A stretch of 58,591 bases of DNA, filler included, from Sphacelaria rigidula (GCA_964200075.2; 7 parts of 7 records of this genome joined end to end with filler, not necessarily neighbours in it), one strand, 5' to 3'; shown: positions 25,303-38,063, counted from the whole stretch's first letter. Made by a program: numbers and translations. Notes: generated by a model not told the origin, from the sequence alone.

Positions 25303-27614
25303 TATCATAAGCCGGAAGAAAAGGCCAAGTGGTGCATTGCAACGCTCTCGGATCGCCAAGGGGCAGGTGTGTGTTCTTGTTTCAACGGGGCGCAACGGAG
25401 GCATAACGTACTCCATGTCGATATCGACAAACTTGATGCGCGCCGCTGTGGTCGAGAACCCGCATGCTATGCTCTCGCATCGATGGCCTCACGTGAGCAG
25501 TAAAGGCCTCGAACCGGCTGGTCCTTGTAGGAATATGCGGCTCGTGTACCTTGTATCGTGAATGCGTGAGATGTCGTGCAGAAGTAACCGTGAAACATAT
25601 TTTAATTTCATTCATGGCATGCTGCAGAGTGGGGCACGCCCTGCACACGACTTGGGAGGACACCAAATGGCAGCGCCCTTGTGGACGTGTGCGGGCATCG
25701 AGACGCAGTTAAAGCAGCAAACAAGAGTCTCCGGATACCAACGGCGACGCCGGTGTTCGCCTGCAATGAGGACGCAGTGCGTGCTATGGGAGCTGTTAGA
25801 AATAATAGGGGAGTGGCGACAATTCGTGCGCAGATAATGGAAATATGCGTGAAAGAGGCGGAAGCAGCATGCGTCGCGGTCTTTGCTGCGCATTGGACGA
25901 GCAGCTGGTGTTCGGTGGGACAGTCTACAAGTCTTTGTCGGTCGGCAGCCGGAGAGTCGGTCCACGTAAACTTCCTCACCCTGGGGGGCACGAGTGCTCG
26001 GAGAAGCCATGACAAACGATCACGCGGTGAACATTCCCAGGTCGTGGTGGTGAAGTACAATCGCGATGACTTGCCCAAAAAATGAGTAATTAGGATATCG
26101 GGTATACGCTACCGGATCGACCCTTGAAATAATTCGTCTTCCGGTGAAAAGCTGGTACGTTTCACCTACTTTTCTACGATTTTGCGGCATGTGTTGTCGC
26201 ACTATTTGAATGACCGAAGTTGGTTTTTGAAAGGTGGTCAATGCTATGCTGCCACTTATCATTGTTCGGCTTATCGTTCATGCTCGTCACGTATATCACG
26301 TGCGTTTCGATAGTGGTTGGGCTATGTCGTGTTGGACTTGTCACAACCGGTACTATTCTCTCTAGTTCGGCTGGCTGTCCCTTCTACGGTAGAGGGTTGG
26401 CTGCAGTCTCTGTTGTATTGATGCAAGTAGTTTGGCTTATGCAGATAATTTATGGCTGATAGGATATATATATATATATATATTTATATCGTTACCTACG
26501 TAGCTTCTTTTTGAGATTCTGAAGCTATTCACCTGATGCTATTCACCCCCCGGCGCCCTCCCCCTCCCTTCCCCCCGGCGCGATGTTCGAACTGAAATCG
26601 CTAGTTGAATGTTGAGTGTATCGCGGATGGTCTTCAGGCTGAAGGTGGACGGAATGGCGAGCGTTATCGCTGTGCAGGTGGGACGACGACGCCTTTTGAT
26701 TTTACCGGAGTAGAACTTTTCTTTCGTGTATTCTCGCGTTCAGTAACCAAGTACTTCGGCCCTCCGCGGGCCCGGAGGCAATTTTGACGCCTTCTGTACA
26801 TCCTCTTTACACTTCACTCCTAGCCCCTCTTAATCTTTAAAATTGATCCTTTTGCGATGTTTTCTTCGCGTATTACGTTTTCGCGGATCTGTTGTTAGTG
26901 ATCACCGTAATCGGGGCGGAATCGGACCCCGGGGTATGTTGCGTTTGATCAACACTACCATTTCGTGTGATACTGCTGCGTTCGCTGTTCGTTACTCCCG
27001 TGTTTGATCGTGCGTTGGTCATCGCAGAGCGCTTCGTCTGAGCTGGAGTAGGGTGTGGGATGGCCGAACATTCTGTTAAGGCCCTGCAAATCGCTTTGTC
27101 TGCGGATTCAGGGTGAGGTGGGACGAACAACGGCGTGAGGCCCGGCTATGGCATCTCATTCAACATCTGGCGAGAGTCGAGGGTCGGCGAACCCCACCCA
27201 AACTCCTGTTCGAATATCTGGATGTTTCTCGGATCCAATGCACCTCACGAGAGAAGTCACAACGAGGAGTGCCGCAAGAAGCACGCCGAGCTCAGTAGTT
27301 GTCGGCAATCGCCCGGGGCGAGCCTGAACGTGCACGAGAAGCACCACTCAAAGCACCACTCAAAGCTTCAAACGTATTTTGCAAGCCTCACTGGTATGAC
27401 GTTCGACGCGTTCACGTTCACCACGATCTTGCTGAACGAGTTAGAGAACGCCGTCATCAACCGGCGCTCACCAGACTTGATACTTGAACGCACCGAGGAT
27501 CACGTCACCTATCGTCAGGCCGTGATCTATGGGAGATGGTTTTGTCGTTCGCCCGTGATGAGATCTTTTGACGCGCCTGACAAAATGCGCATCACACACC
27601 TCAACACTCCGTAG
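25303..27614 (+). pseudogene. Cys/His-rich spliced gene remnant, possibly KDZ-transposon associated (SWIM-like plus CxC-like)
   Basis: Exon 25303-25492 splices in phase 1 to 25628-26085, giving VCSCF...VDVCGH. A later frameshifted segment at 27028-27614 reads VCGFRVRWDE...RLWHL...KLLFEYLD and YFASLTGMTFDAF. Confidence 0.4.
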
Positions 27615-29337
27615 GATAGCCTCGCCCGGGGGGGGGGCGGGAGGGAGGGGGCGACGTGACGACGTGCACCTTGGGAGAATGTTTTATATATTTATTGCTC
27701 TATCGGCCTCACTTCATGCACAGCCTTGTCCTACTCGGCTTGGATATTTAGTCGAGTACGAAGTATATTTTTGGGTGTCTCCGTTGCCCTTTTTCTTTTA
27801 TTTTTATTCGCCTTTCGTTTCTTCCTGCTCCTTTTTTGTATTCGATGATTTAAAATTTGTTTCCTCTGGGTCGTGTTTTCTATCCGGATCATTACGGCAG
27901 TCTTTTGACCATAGCTGGGTTAGTAGCGGATTAATTATTCTGTGTGATAAATATATCAAATCAATACATTCAAGTAAAGGACTTCATCAACTTCAGGCCG
28001 GTACCCAGCCCAACCCCGCCTGTCGATAATGGGGGAGTACCTTGAGTAAATGTTCTTTTTTCTGTTTCTTGAACGGTACGTACAATAGAGCAGTGTTTTC
28101 ACCGCCCACGGCCCACCTGTACGTGAGAAGCTAAAAAATGACGACTTTTCGCTGTCATTGCAGCCCAAAACAGACGGCGTTTCGCTGGCTTCGAATTTAC
28201 CGTTCGACCGCGGGTCTGAACGAAATGGCTGATGTTAAGAAAACACGTCTCGCTTATACTATACTCACGACTGACTATCTGTAGCGGTATTATACTATAC
28301 TGTACTGTACTGTACTAATCGGCAATAACTTTGAATATGCAATCAAGTACTTCCTGGTTCTGCAATCGTCAAACCTCAAACCACAAAATCCTGCTAACTG
28401 TACGGCACTGTACTGTATGTTGGGGTACTGAATTATACCGAGATCTTCTTTTGGGTCGGTGGTGACGAAAATACGTTGAGGAAGCCTTTCTCTTCCCGTT
28501 TATTTGCCAGTACGTGCAATGGGTCAATCGCCACGGCCCGCCTGTGCATCAGCACCACAAAAGTGAGGCGATTTCGCTACCCGCGAATTTCGCCTCCAGC
28601 CACGGGTCTGAACAGAGGGGCTGATGTGAAGGCAGTATATGCTTGTGTACGGCTGTCGTAGCGGTACTGTACCGTACATTGCGAGTCAGCATTCGACCGT
28701 GCAAGCAAATGCTCAAGATTACGTCGGTGTATCACTGTCTTGGGTGCGACTGCGAACGCGCAGATGCCGCGTCGGGAGAAAGTTACGTTCGCATTTGGTT
28801 GCACATTCCTAATACGCTGACCGCTACCAGGGTGGTATCCCACGCCTCAAATCATGTACGGCCTTAGCGGTGTTTTCAAACTGCGGTGGCTTTACTGTCG
28901 CCGTAACAAAATCTGGTGCGTGTGCAAGACACAGCGAGCCGAACAGGATGGGCGGAGCCGCACTAGCGAAAGCAAGGACCCTGCCGCGGTGCGATGTACT
29001 ACTGTACTATCAAAACAGCCGTTATAGTTTATCTTTGTTTTGGTTCGGAACCAACCCAGTGGACTACCCCATAGTCGTAAGGTCGTTCTTGCACAACGAT
29101 CGGCCCGTTGCCAACAGCAATCGACCACAAGATCCGACAAAACGGTCAACCATTGGTTCCATGACCATATGATTAAGCAGTCATGCCTATGTCTGCTGTC
29201 GGCACAGGGGTCGGCACCTCATTATTCGTGTAAACCATATTTTCCGACCATTTGCACGCACCAGCCGGGGTAACACAGGAGGAAGGTCAACCCAGGAGCT
29301 TTTTCTTTCATTATTGTTTTTAATAGCAACTATTGCC

Positions 29338-29668
29338 CCGCCCCGGTGGCTCAGTTGGTAATCTCATCACCTTCTGATGGTTGAGTCGTGGGTTCGAATC
29401 TCGGAACGACCTGGGATTTTTCTCACACCGTGCCCAACAGTGGAGAGGGAATATGTCGTGGTTACACAAAACTCGACTTGACGGTCGACGAAGGAAACCT
29501 ACTGCTGAACCCCTCTCGCGAAAAAAAAAAAGGCAAACACCGCAGAGGGCAGGCGGGGTACAAAAAACAAACAAAAAGGAAAAACTTCTGTGTTGACCTT
29601 CCTCCTGTGTGACCCCGGCTGGTGCACCCACATATACCGAAAGGTGTAGACGGGCCCCCAGAATAGAA
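29338..29668 (+). mobile_element. near full-length SINE family A with tRNA-like head
   Basis: A box TGGCTCAGTTGG and B box GGTTCGAATC, followed by the family A body. Confidence 0.9.
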
Positions 29669-29669
29669 G

Positions 29670-29832
29670 GGGCTTCCACACCGTCTTGTCGAATTTAGTC
29701 TGCTCACGGCATAGTCGCTCTCCACTGTCGGGCATTGTGCGAGACAAAAACCCTCATCACTCCGAGAACTGAATCCACGACCCAACCATCCGAAGGTTTC
29801 GAGGTTACCACCTGAGCCACCGGGGCGACCGG
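29670..29832 (-). mobile_element. SINE family A 5' part; its 3' part lies at 29255-29320
   Basis: Reverse complement reads CCGGTCGCCCCGGTGGCTCAGGTGGTAACC...CAGTGGAGAG. Confidence 0.85.
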
Positions 29833-30280
29833 TTCAGACGTATACAGGCCTAAGGTCGTGAGGACACGATTGAGAATGAGAAGCTATCGATCAATTAATC
29901 ACTGTAACCCTTTCTAAGGCTACTGCCCCTAGGTGTAGGAGTGGTAGTCTCGAGAGCCGCGGACTTGGTCGTGGGACGTGCCTAGACAGTTCGTTCTTGT
30001 GTGGACGGAGACTCCGGGGTCGAGAGGAGAAGTACCTCGAGAGGCCACCGAAACCGGTGCCGTCACGAGTTGGAGTATGACTATATTACTTCGGGGACGG
30101 GAAGACAATGACCCGGACGGGATAGATATTGACCCGGTCGGGACAGACTAGTGTTCCTGAGAACGTTCCCGGAACGATGCCGGAGATATGAACGTTCCTG
30201 GAACGGAACGGCGGTTGTAGACACGTGGAAGACCTGCGGACTCCCCGGGTACTGTACTTCTGTACTCACATTTCTGGTGA

Positions 30281-30371
30281 TTGCAAGCAGGGGCCGTTTT
30301 CTAATCGGCATCAGTTTCAGTTGAAAACGACTCAAAATGATGCCGACTCACAAAACGGCCCCTGCGTACAA
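30281..30371. repeat. short palindromic (hairpin) element
   Basis: GCAGGGGCCGTTTT..ATCGGCATCA pairs with TGATGCCGA..AAAACGGCCCCTGC. Confidence 0.75.
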
Positions 30372-31894
30372 ATATTCCATGTTTCTAGAGGTCCAGTCCC
30401 AAAATGCGCCCAAAAGGGTTACAACAGTAATGAATTCGTGCCGGTTCCAAATGCCACTGCGGGCGTTACACAAACTTCTTCTGTACTATTGCCACTGAAA
30501 TAACCTTGAACAATCGTGAGTAGAATTGAAACCTTCGACAATTATCGTGAGTAGAATATCGACGTAGGCCGGGTGTTATGTCAAACAATTTTTTGGCCCA
30601 CGGATTGTTTACTTTTGGGACGTTTGGCCCACCTTTCGACCCCCAAACCAAGAAAACCGCCAACACACGTCTCGGACACATTGCATAGCCATCGCCTAGT
30701 CTGCTTTTCAGATTCGCTTGACTCCGAGGTTTCGAGATCGGTCGCTGAACAAACATTCGTGCGCAAAAATCTGTGCTTGCCGACCCCCGCCAGTTTGCCC
30801 AAATCACACTCAATACAAAATTGGCAAAGTTAAAGCGAGTAATAGAACTCGTTCTCAATCAATGCAAGACTCTCAATCCCACAAGATAGAGCATTGCAAT
30901 GTTTCATGTCGGACAGCTGATGAGCTGCCTCAAACAACCAACTGAATAAAACTTGGACCTCAGTTCATACCCACGAAAATCTCGTTCCCATTTTTCGGGA
31001 TACCGTAGTGATTGATTGATAGATTGATTACAGTATGTCACATTAGCTGATTGCAACAACACAGCCCATGGTCAGTAGCAGCGAAAAAAAACACAGAATA
31101 AGTAAGAAAGAAGAGAAGATGCAGAAAAAGACAGAAGCAATAGCTACAGAAAGAAAAGAAGAAAGGAAGCAGCAAAAACTAAACAGCAACAACAACAATA
31201 TACTCGCCCTTTCAATACCAGCGGTGGTTCATTTTTCATGCGAGTCGGCATTATTTTCACCGAAAAGGGGCAATGAAAAGGGTTATGTGTGGTTAAACTA
31301 AATACTTCACGCTTTATTCAGTGACAGTGACGTGCGAGTACATACACGTGAACCATGCCGAGTAGAACAGTGTATGTATGAGTTCTCTTTTTTCTGCATG
31401 TAAACGACAAAATAGTATGCTCGTTGTTTTCTTCACTTTTTTCTTCAGCGAATGCTTTGATGCTCTTTTGTATCTCGGGTACGTCCATAATATACATGAC
31501 GTCCATCATGTGACGTCCATCATGTCACCACACCGCTGGATCCCTGGGGGATCAGTTGGAGTGCGATAATCAATCAGTCGACCAATCAATCGCTCGTATG
31601 TTATTCTTGTTGAATATTTCGGCACATTCGTGCGCCAAAGAGAGAAATGAGGAGCTAGCTCCCTGCAACTTGATCGCCCACATTATATTCTCCGTTGCCT
31701 ACAATCAATCTGGCTCAGATTTACGGTCGGGGCCACATAGACAAATTCGGATCCATGCTTTTGTCTGAGCCGCCCATTCCATGTGCATCAAAGTGTTTAC
31801 AATGCATTCTAGACATCCCGCGAAGCTCTGATTTTTCATCGGGTATATTCGCCGCGAACAAAGTGAAAAGTGATGCTCATGTCGCCCACGTACA

Positions 31895-31925
<31 letters not shown>

Positions 31926-32511
31926 CTGAAAATATCTTCACGTACGTGTCGAATCTAAACATCCCGCAAAGCTCTGAGTTTCATCGCAGCTTTGCCGCGC
32001 AAAAATGAAATGTGCTGTGGAAAACGCAAATGCCGATCTGATACGTCGTAATTTCAGCCATCGTCGGTAATTTTGGAGATGGTTGAAATCGCGGCCGATC
32101 AGACTAGGATTTTTAGTTTCCATCGCACTTTTTCGATCGACAACTGATGTGCTAAGACACGGCCCAAGTGATACCTATCTTGGCCCACGTTTTTGAGTTA
32201 GTGGAATAATCCATGTCGTGAATCGTGGCGTACCGGGATTTGTCCGAGGTTTGCGGATATATATGTGCATCCCTACATTCGAAAATTGATATTTCGGAGA
32301 TTAAGCTGTAGTCCATCTAGAGGTACAAGGTTAGAACCCTGCGACTCGTATCGCTTTGGCTGGAGATCGCGGGGGTCGAGTTTGGATCCCTTCCTGCTTG
32401 ACCTCGCGTGTTGGGTGGACAAATAGGCCCTGCCTCCAGAAGCCCGAATAGTCGCATATGAAACCGGAACTTGGAGGGCTAGCAGTAGTCCTTTTTCCTT
32501 CCTCCTTTTTT

Positions 32512-32543
32512 ATTTGATTTGATTTGATTTGATTTGATTTGAT
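32512..32543 (+). repeat. (ATTTG)n microsatellite
   Basis: Directly visible. Confidence 0.9.
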
Positions 32544-32711
32544 CTTCATTCCTTTTGTATCGCATCTGTGTGAATTGTTTTTGGATCCGATTGATTTCGT
32601 GATTTTTCTTTTACCCTGTAGCATGGGGTAGTTAGCCTGTGGCCACGGAAGGCGTCCGCATGAGATGCCCGGTACAGAGTTCTGCGCAGATATCGGAACG
32701 GTTTTTGACCC

Positions 32712-32822
32712 TTTAGGAACCCACCGACGATTTTTACTTTTGTGAATTGGCATCATTTTGAGGTGAAAGTGACTGGAAATGATGCCGATTCATACAAACA
32801 GAAATCGCCAGTGGGTTCCAAA
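32712..32822. repeat. short palindromic (hairpin) element sharing a core with 30281-30371
   Basis: GGAACCCAC..CGATTT..TGAATTGGCATCATTT pairs with AAATGATGCCGATTCA..AAATCG..GTGGGTTCC. Confidence 0.75.
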
Positions 32823-32824
32823 CG

Positions 32825-32873
<49 letters not shown>
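32821..32873 (+). repeat. (AAC)n microsatellite
   Basis: Directly visible. Confidence 0.95.
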
Positions 32874-33441
32874 GCGGATTACGTCACTAGTCCATTATCT
32901 GAGCGGATTAGACAGTTCAAGTAAATGTTCTTCCGCGATGAACACCCAGGTCTGCACCCGCCACGATCATTCCCTTTGACCTCGATTCCTCCATCAACAG
33001 CGGCCGTCAATTGAGATGGGTCCTATGCAGCTGCTAGATCTAGTCAAACGAAAACAGGTGAGATATTCTTGTGTGGGTGAGTCGATATAGGCTACCCTTT
33101 CAGGACAGGTTGCTCTGCAGGATGCTTGCTGAAGCCTCTTACTCGCGGTGTACAAACGTCACGACTAAAGCTCAACGTTATGAAAGATGGAGAGCAATAG
33201 GGCTATAGTCATACCCTGTGGCATTGCAGTAGACTCCAGCAACAAATATGGGATCCTGAAAATGTCAGGTGTTTTGGGGAGAACGCACTGAGGTCGGAGT
33301 GATGGTCCGGGAGGGGTGCACAAATATTTTCTGAGGTAAGTACTCCTAGGAGCCCTTTCTAATGCAAAACACGACTCACGGAACATGTAACAACAAATTG
33401 TGAGAATTGAGGTTTAACTTCGAGATGAGGCTCAAGCCAGA

Positions 33442-33541
33442 NNNNNNNNNNNNNNNNNNNNNNNNNNNNNNNNNNNNNNNNNNNNTTAATTAATTAANNN
33501 NNNNNNNNNNNNNNNNNNNNNNNNNNNNNNNNNNNNNNNNN
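33442..33541. other. artificial contig linker
   Basis: N44-TTAATTAATTAA-N44. Confidence 0.98.
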
Positions 33542-33718
33542 GTTTTCAGGTATCACCAAAATGCCCTTAACTCATGAAAAAAAAAACTTTTGGTACTTCA
33601 GTAATTTTTTTCTTATGCCCTATTCACTGTCCATACCAAATTTCAGGGCCCAACTCTAAATGTATAAAAGAGCATGGGCCTGCAAACTTCAAATCTGCCT
33701 CTAGGCTGGCCCAGCTCG
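33542..33718 (-). mobile_element. family E terminus (cut by contig start)
   Basis: Ends CTAGGCTGGCCCAGCTCG|TA; matches 20786-20950 in reverse. Confidence 0.8.
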
Positions 33719-34175
33719 TACGCTTCTTTTTTTCTCGCCCCATGACGATAGGTCCTGAACTTCACGAGATTTGTTCGCCACCTGGTAAGGTGGAGAACTT
33801 TGTCGGAAATGCGTGATTTCGGATAATAATTTCAATCCTCACCCCAACGAAGGCATATCGATGACCCTCGGGCAAGGGCGGTACGAAGTTATCCGTAGGT
33901 GAAATGTCCGCTGCCAGACAGAAGCACGTTCCGCGCATCATGACAGCACAGTCCCCGCACTGACTCCATGTCGGGCCAACTTTACCCTACCAAGCGGTGG
34001 AACTCTTCTGGATTCTACTGCTGCCCGCGCGTACGTACGGGTCCGATGGGTGATTCTGCTTGCTGTATACACTGCTCCGTAGTTACCGCAGCAGCTCAGT
34101 TGTTCTCTTTCTCACTTGATCAAATTATTTTCCGGCTGTTGTACGTGAATCAATACTCCGGTTCGAGATGGATGC

Positions 34176-34430
34176 GTGTGTCTGTGTGTATGCGTGTGCG
34201 TGTGTTGTCATCCCATCTATTCTGGACACCAGTCTACATCTTGCGGTATATGTTGGCGCGGCAGCCGGGGTCGCACAGAAGAAATGCCAAGTAGAAATGC
34301 CAACACGGCAGTTTCTTCTTCTTTATTTTGTTTTAGTACCCTACCTTTCTTCTGCGATGCTTGCCTTAGTTTTTTATCCGGAAGAGGGTTCAGCGGTTTC
34401 TTTCCCTCGTCGACCGTGAAGTCGAATTTC
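34176..34430 (-). mobile_element. SINE family A body and tail; head fragments at 34819-34905 and 35758-35799
   Basis: Reverse complement of 4496-4720. Confidence 0.85.
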
Positions 34431-34637
34431 GCGACGGTAGGTCGGGTAGGGTGTATCCGATATTGCAGTATTTTGAAAAAGTGGGGGTCCGACCCATGTA
34501 CACAGCAGCAGATAGCCCAGTGCTGTCGATCCCATCACAAAAGCCCATACAAGTTACTGTGACTGAATTTGGCAGGTGATGTGCGACTTTTCCAAATACC
34601 ACAAAATCGGGTATACAGACCTGCCCTTGGAATATTG

Positions 34638-34807
34638 CACACCTTGGACAATGTATGGTCAATAGTTGCAATAGACGAGAAACGTGCTGCATAAAGTATG
34701 GGCCTATTGTGGCTACTGTCGGCCGGCAAAGTTGCAATAGGCCCATACTTTATGCAGTACATTTCTCGTCTATTGAATCCATTTGACTATATATTGTCCA
34801 GGGTTTG
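34638..34807. mobile_element. foldback MITE family G with a perfect 8-bp TSD (hAT/P-like)
   Basis: Ends CACACCTTGGACA...TGTCCAGGGTTTG, arms ~75 bp; GAATATTG on both sides (34630-34637 and 34808-34815). Confidence 0.85.
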
Positions 34808-34905
34808 GAATATTGTGATCCACTGTTGGGCATGGTGTAAGGATGAATCCCACATCGTGTGACTTCAGCGAGATTCGAAGCCACGACCCGACCGTCGGGA
34901 GGTTT

Positions 34906-35757
34906 CACACCCTGGACATAGAATAGTCAAAATATGCATTAGACGAAAAATGTACTGGGTTAAGTGTAGGCCTATTGCAATCATTAGAGCTCGGAAACGG
35001 TACCAGTTATAACTGGCCAATATCATTGTGATGGGCACAACAGTAATGGTTACATAATTCTTTTCGGATAATAATTTCGAACCATTATTCACCGTTACCG
35101 GCTGCGTATGCTACATACGGCCCTTAAAAAATGGCCCAAATTTGACGTATTTTTTAGCTCTAGTGACGCCGAATCGCGTAAAAATGTGCCTCCGGCACGG
35201 CGCTTCCAGCAGGGCCCCCTTTGCCGGGGGGGCTTTTTTGCTGGCGGCTGCGCCACTCGATGACCAAACCATGATGTACCATTTAACTGGTTGATATTGA
35301 GACAAGCCATTTCCGAGCTCTAGCAAATATTCAAGGGTCGGACGAATTAATGATTCGTCTGGAAATCACTTGATTTTAGTGTCGTTTATTCGTATGGTAC
35401 GAATCAATCCTTACACTTTGTTTTCAGCGTTGCAACCCAGGTACGCGAAGCCCAGGCACGTGGAATAGCGCAAGAGTTGCGTGGAGACCTGTTTGACCAG
35501 CGGTCGACTTTTTACTCCCTTTCGATCAATCAGGCCTACGAAATCGTGGATTTGGTGCTTCGAACCGGCGATGATTCGTCCGAACTGTGCGATCATTGTC
35601 GGTATATATGGTCAATAGATGCAACAGACAAAAAATGTGCTGGGTAAAGTTGAGCCTATTGCAACTATTGACGAACGATGATAGTTGCAATGGGCCTATA
35701 CTTTCCCCAGTACATTTTTCGTCTATTGCATCACATATTTTCCTTGTCCAGGATGTG
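34906..35757. mobile_element. longer family G element inserted in a SINE head
   Basis: CACACCCTGGACA...TGTCCAGGATGTG with flanks GGAGGTTT/GAAGGTGT (6/8 match); contains MITE B at 35332-35589. Confidence 0.7.
35332..35589 (+). mobile_element. MITE family B, complete copy
   Basis: TIRs CAAGGGTCGGACGAAT / ATTCGTCCGAACTGTG; other copies at 16534, 37720-37914, 39997-40255 (inverted) and 42845-43062. Confidence 0.85.
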
Positions 35758-36063
35758 GAAGGTGTGGAGGTTACCAACTGAGGCACTGCGGCGACCAGTT
35801 TCGAGAGACGGACACAGTCCGATAATTCGCTGCTGCATGTTGATATGAGTAGTCCCTGATCTGGAACCGTCAGGTTTCGCTACAGCAGTCAAGCGTTGAA
35901 ATATTTGATGCAGCCCTCAATCAGGCTTTTTGCGCAGACGATTTGTCACCCCCACGCGAAATTTTGAGAGTCTGTCGTCGTGGGAAAAAAAAAAGAGCAG
36001 GTCGTAATGACGGCACATTTCTCAATTTTGTCTTGTCGGCATAATGAGTGTTGTGCCAAAAGG

Positions 36064-36096
<33 letters not shown>

Positions 36097-37719
36097 TTCG
36101 GAACAGAATCTGACCGCTTTTCCCTCTAGTGCGCACTGCTGCAGCGCACAGCACCAGATATAACGACGTGGAACTGTTGAATGTCGTTTGCACAGCATAT
36201 GTGCGAAGTTTCAGCGCCTCGCAGCGGCTGCAGCGCGATTAGGGCAATGCGTCATGAACTGCGCAGCTCTACAGACTGTGCGCTAATCGGTTCACTACAT
36301 ATGATCATGATCCAGAAAGAGTCGCAGGAGAGACCGGTGTCAGTTTGCTATCTCATCGGCCGCCCAGCCGCTCAACATGTCGGAGTTTATGCATGTGCGC
36401 GTGCATAGCATTCGCCTGTAGTGCGCAAAGTCTGCTTTGCTGTAAAGCCGATTCGAGGGCGCATGGATGGCATTCCTCGAAATCGCTTGTGGCCATCTTG
36501 TGGGAAAGTCTGGGGTCGAATCGCGCGGATGCTTCGCGCGGATGCTATCTGTGTTGTGTCCAACAAGTAGTGTGCAAAGTTTTATGATGAAGCACGCAGT
36601 CGCAGGCGAGAAATCCACAAGCAAAGTTGCCTGGAAATTGGAATTTTGCAGTAGGAAAGTATCCAAATAAACATGAGATGCGGTTACGCAGTACGACGGT
36701 ACGGGTACGGTCTGTAGACCGTACATTGTATCAGCGTATTATACTGCACTTTATTGTGGTTATGACGGAGTTTTTAAATTTGGGATCCATCAGCTGCGCC
36801 ACCAGACATGGATGCAAACGATCGTGCGGCTCGGTTTCTTCGAAAGCAAATGAGATGCCTATTTTCCAGGCGAATCACACTCTCCATATACAACGCCCTA
36901 GGCGTGGTGATGCGCTGGGACGCGAAGTGTGGTCGCCACCTTTCATCGTGCCATGGGGCCTGCAAGGCACCCGTACCGAGCAACACCATGCACACCACCG
37001 AACGCGGGACATGATGTCGTTCTCAACCTGCAATTTGTGCCGACGATCCAGCCTTGGACGTAGCTTTTCAGATATGCCGCGTGTTTGGCCATAGGTCCTC
37101 CCTCTGAGGCACCTCGCTGGTGTGGACTAAACCTACTCTGCGGATGATCCCAGCTGATAATTCATACGATGACTCTTGTATGCGAAAATCGGCACACATG
37201 ATAATTTTTATTATTTTGGCGCTACACTGTGATACGGAGGAAAATCCCGTTTATCCAGGGGGTGTTACTGACCGTATATAATCCATACGCAACGGTTTTT
37301 CTACTGTAGCGTAATACACGTCGAGAATGTGAAAGAAAGCTCAATCAGATAATGTGTTTACTAAAAAGATCCGGGTCGCTTCGGTCGAGCGAAAATATCA
37401 CAGAACAAGAGCCGGGGGCTGTACACTTCAAGGGCCGCACCGACCAAAACTCTGAAAACTAGTGGCTGGACACTTTCCTGCATTTCACCTGCTCCTCTCC
37501 CATACACGCTGGAAGCCATAGATGATGATGACCGTACTGTTGCAAGCACTGTACCTCGGTTGGTAAACCCTTACGTAGAGCGCCCAACACCTCCTGTTCC
37601 GAGAAAACAGTGTGACAGTTCCGGGGACAAATGAAGTATGACAGTTCTATGCGTTCGTGGAACTTTCATGGCACCCCGCGCACTGAGTCGAACAGGAATA
37701 CCAACTGTACTACGACGCG

Positions 37720-37914
37720 GATTCGAACGAGTCAATCCTTAGGGTCTGTTTTTAGCGTTGCAACCCAGGTACGCGCGGCCGAGGCACGTAAAATGGCGCG
37801 AAAATCGCGCGGAGAAATTCACCAGCGGTTAACGTTTTTCTCTCTTTCGAGCAATCGCGTCTGGAAAATGGTAGAGTCGGTGATTCGAACTGGCGATGAT
37901 TCGTCCGAACCGTG
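37720..37914 (+). mobile_element. MITE family B, partial
   Basis: AGCGTTGCAACCCAGGTACGC...GATGATTCGTCCGAACCGTG. Confidence 0.8.
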
Positions 37915-38063
37915 AAACGTTCGCTGAAGAAGAGTAAAGGAGTGGTAGAAACAGACAAGGTAGACTGAGAAGAGGAAATAAGAAGGCAATCAAAAGGGTC
38001 AAAAGATCATAACAAATATGAAGGCAAGTAAACTGCCGGAAATGGTTAATGTCTCAGGATGCA

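Noticed and set aside
29338..29410. tRNA gene
   Set aside because: A and B boxes are present, but the acceptor stem and anticodon arm do not pair, and it runs into a dispersed SINE body.
29903..30080. TGTAAC-starting segment resembling an LTR
   Set aside because: No second LTR, CA end, PBS/PPT or TSD found.
32920..33000. IVAGADLGV resembling the TnpB/Fanzor RuvC-I motif
   Set aside because: Isolated 27-aa stretch closed by stops, with no RuvC-II, zinc finger or RuvC-III nearby.
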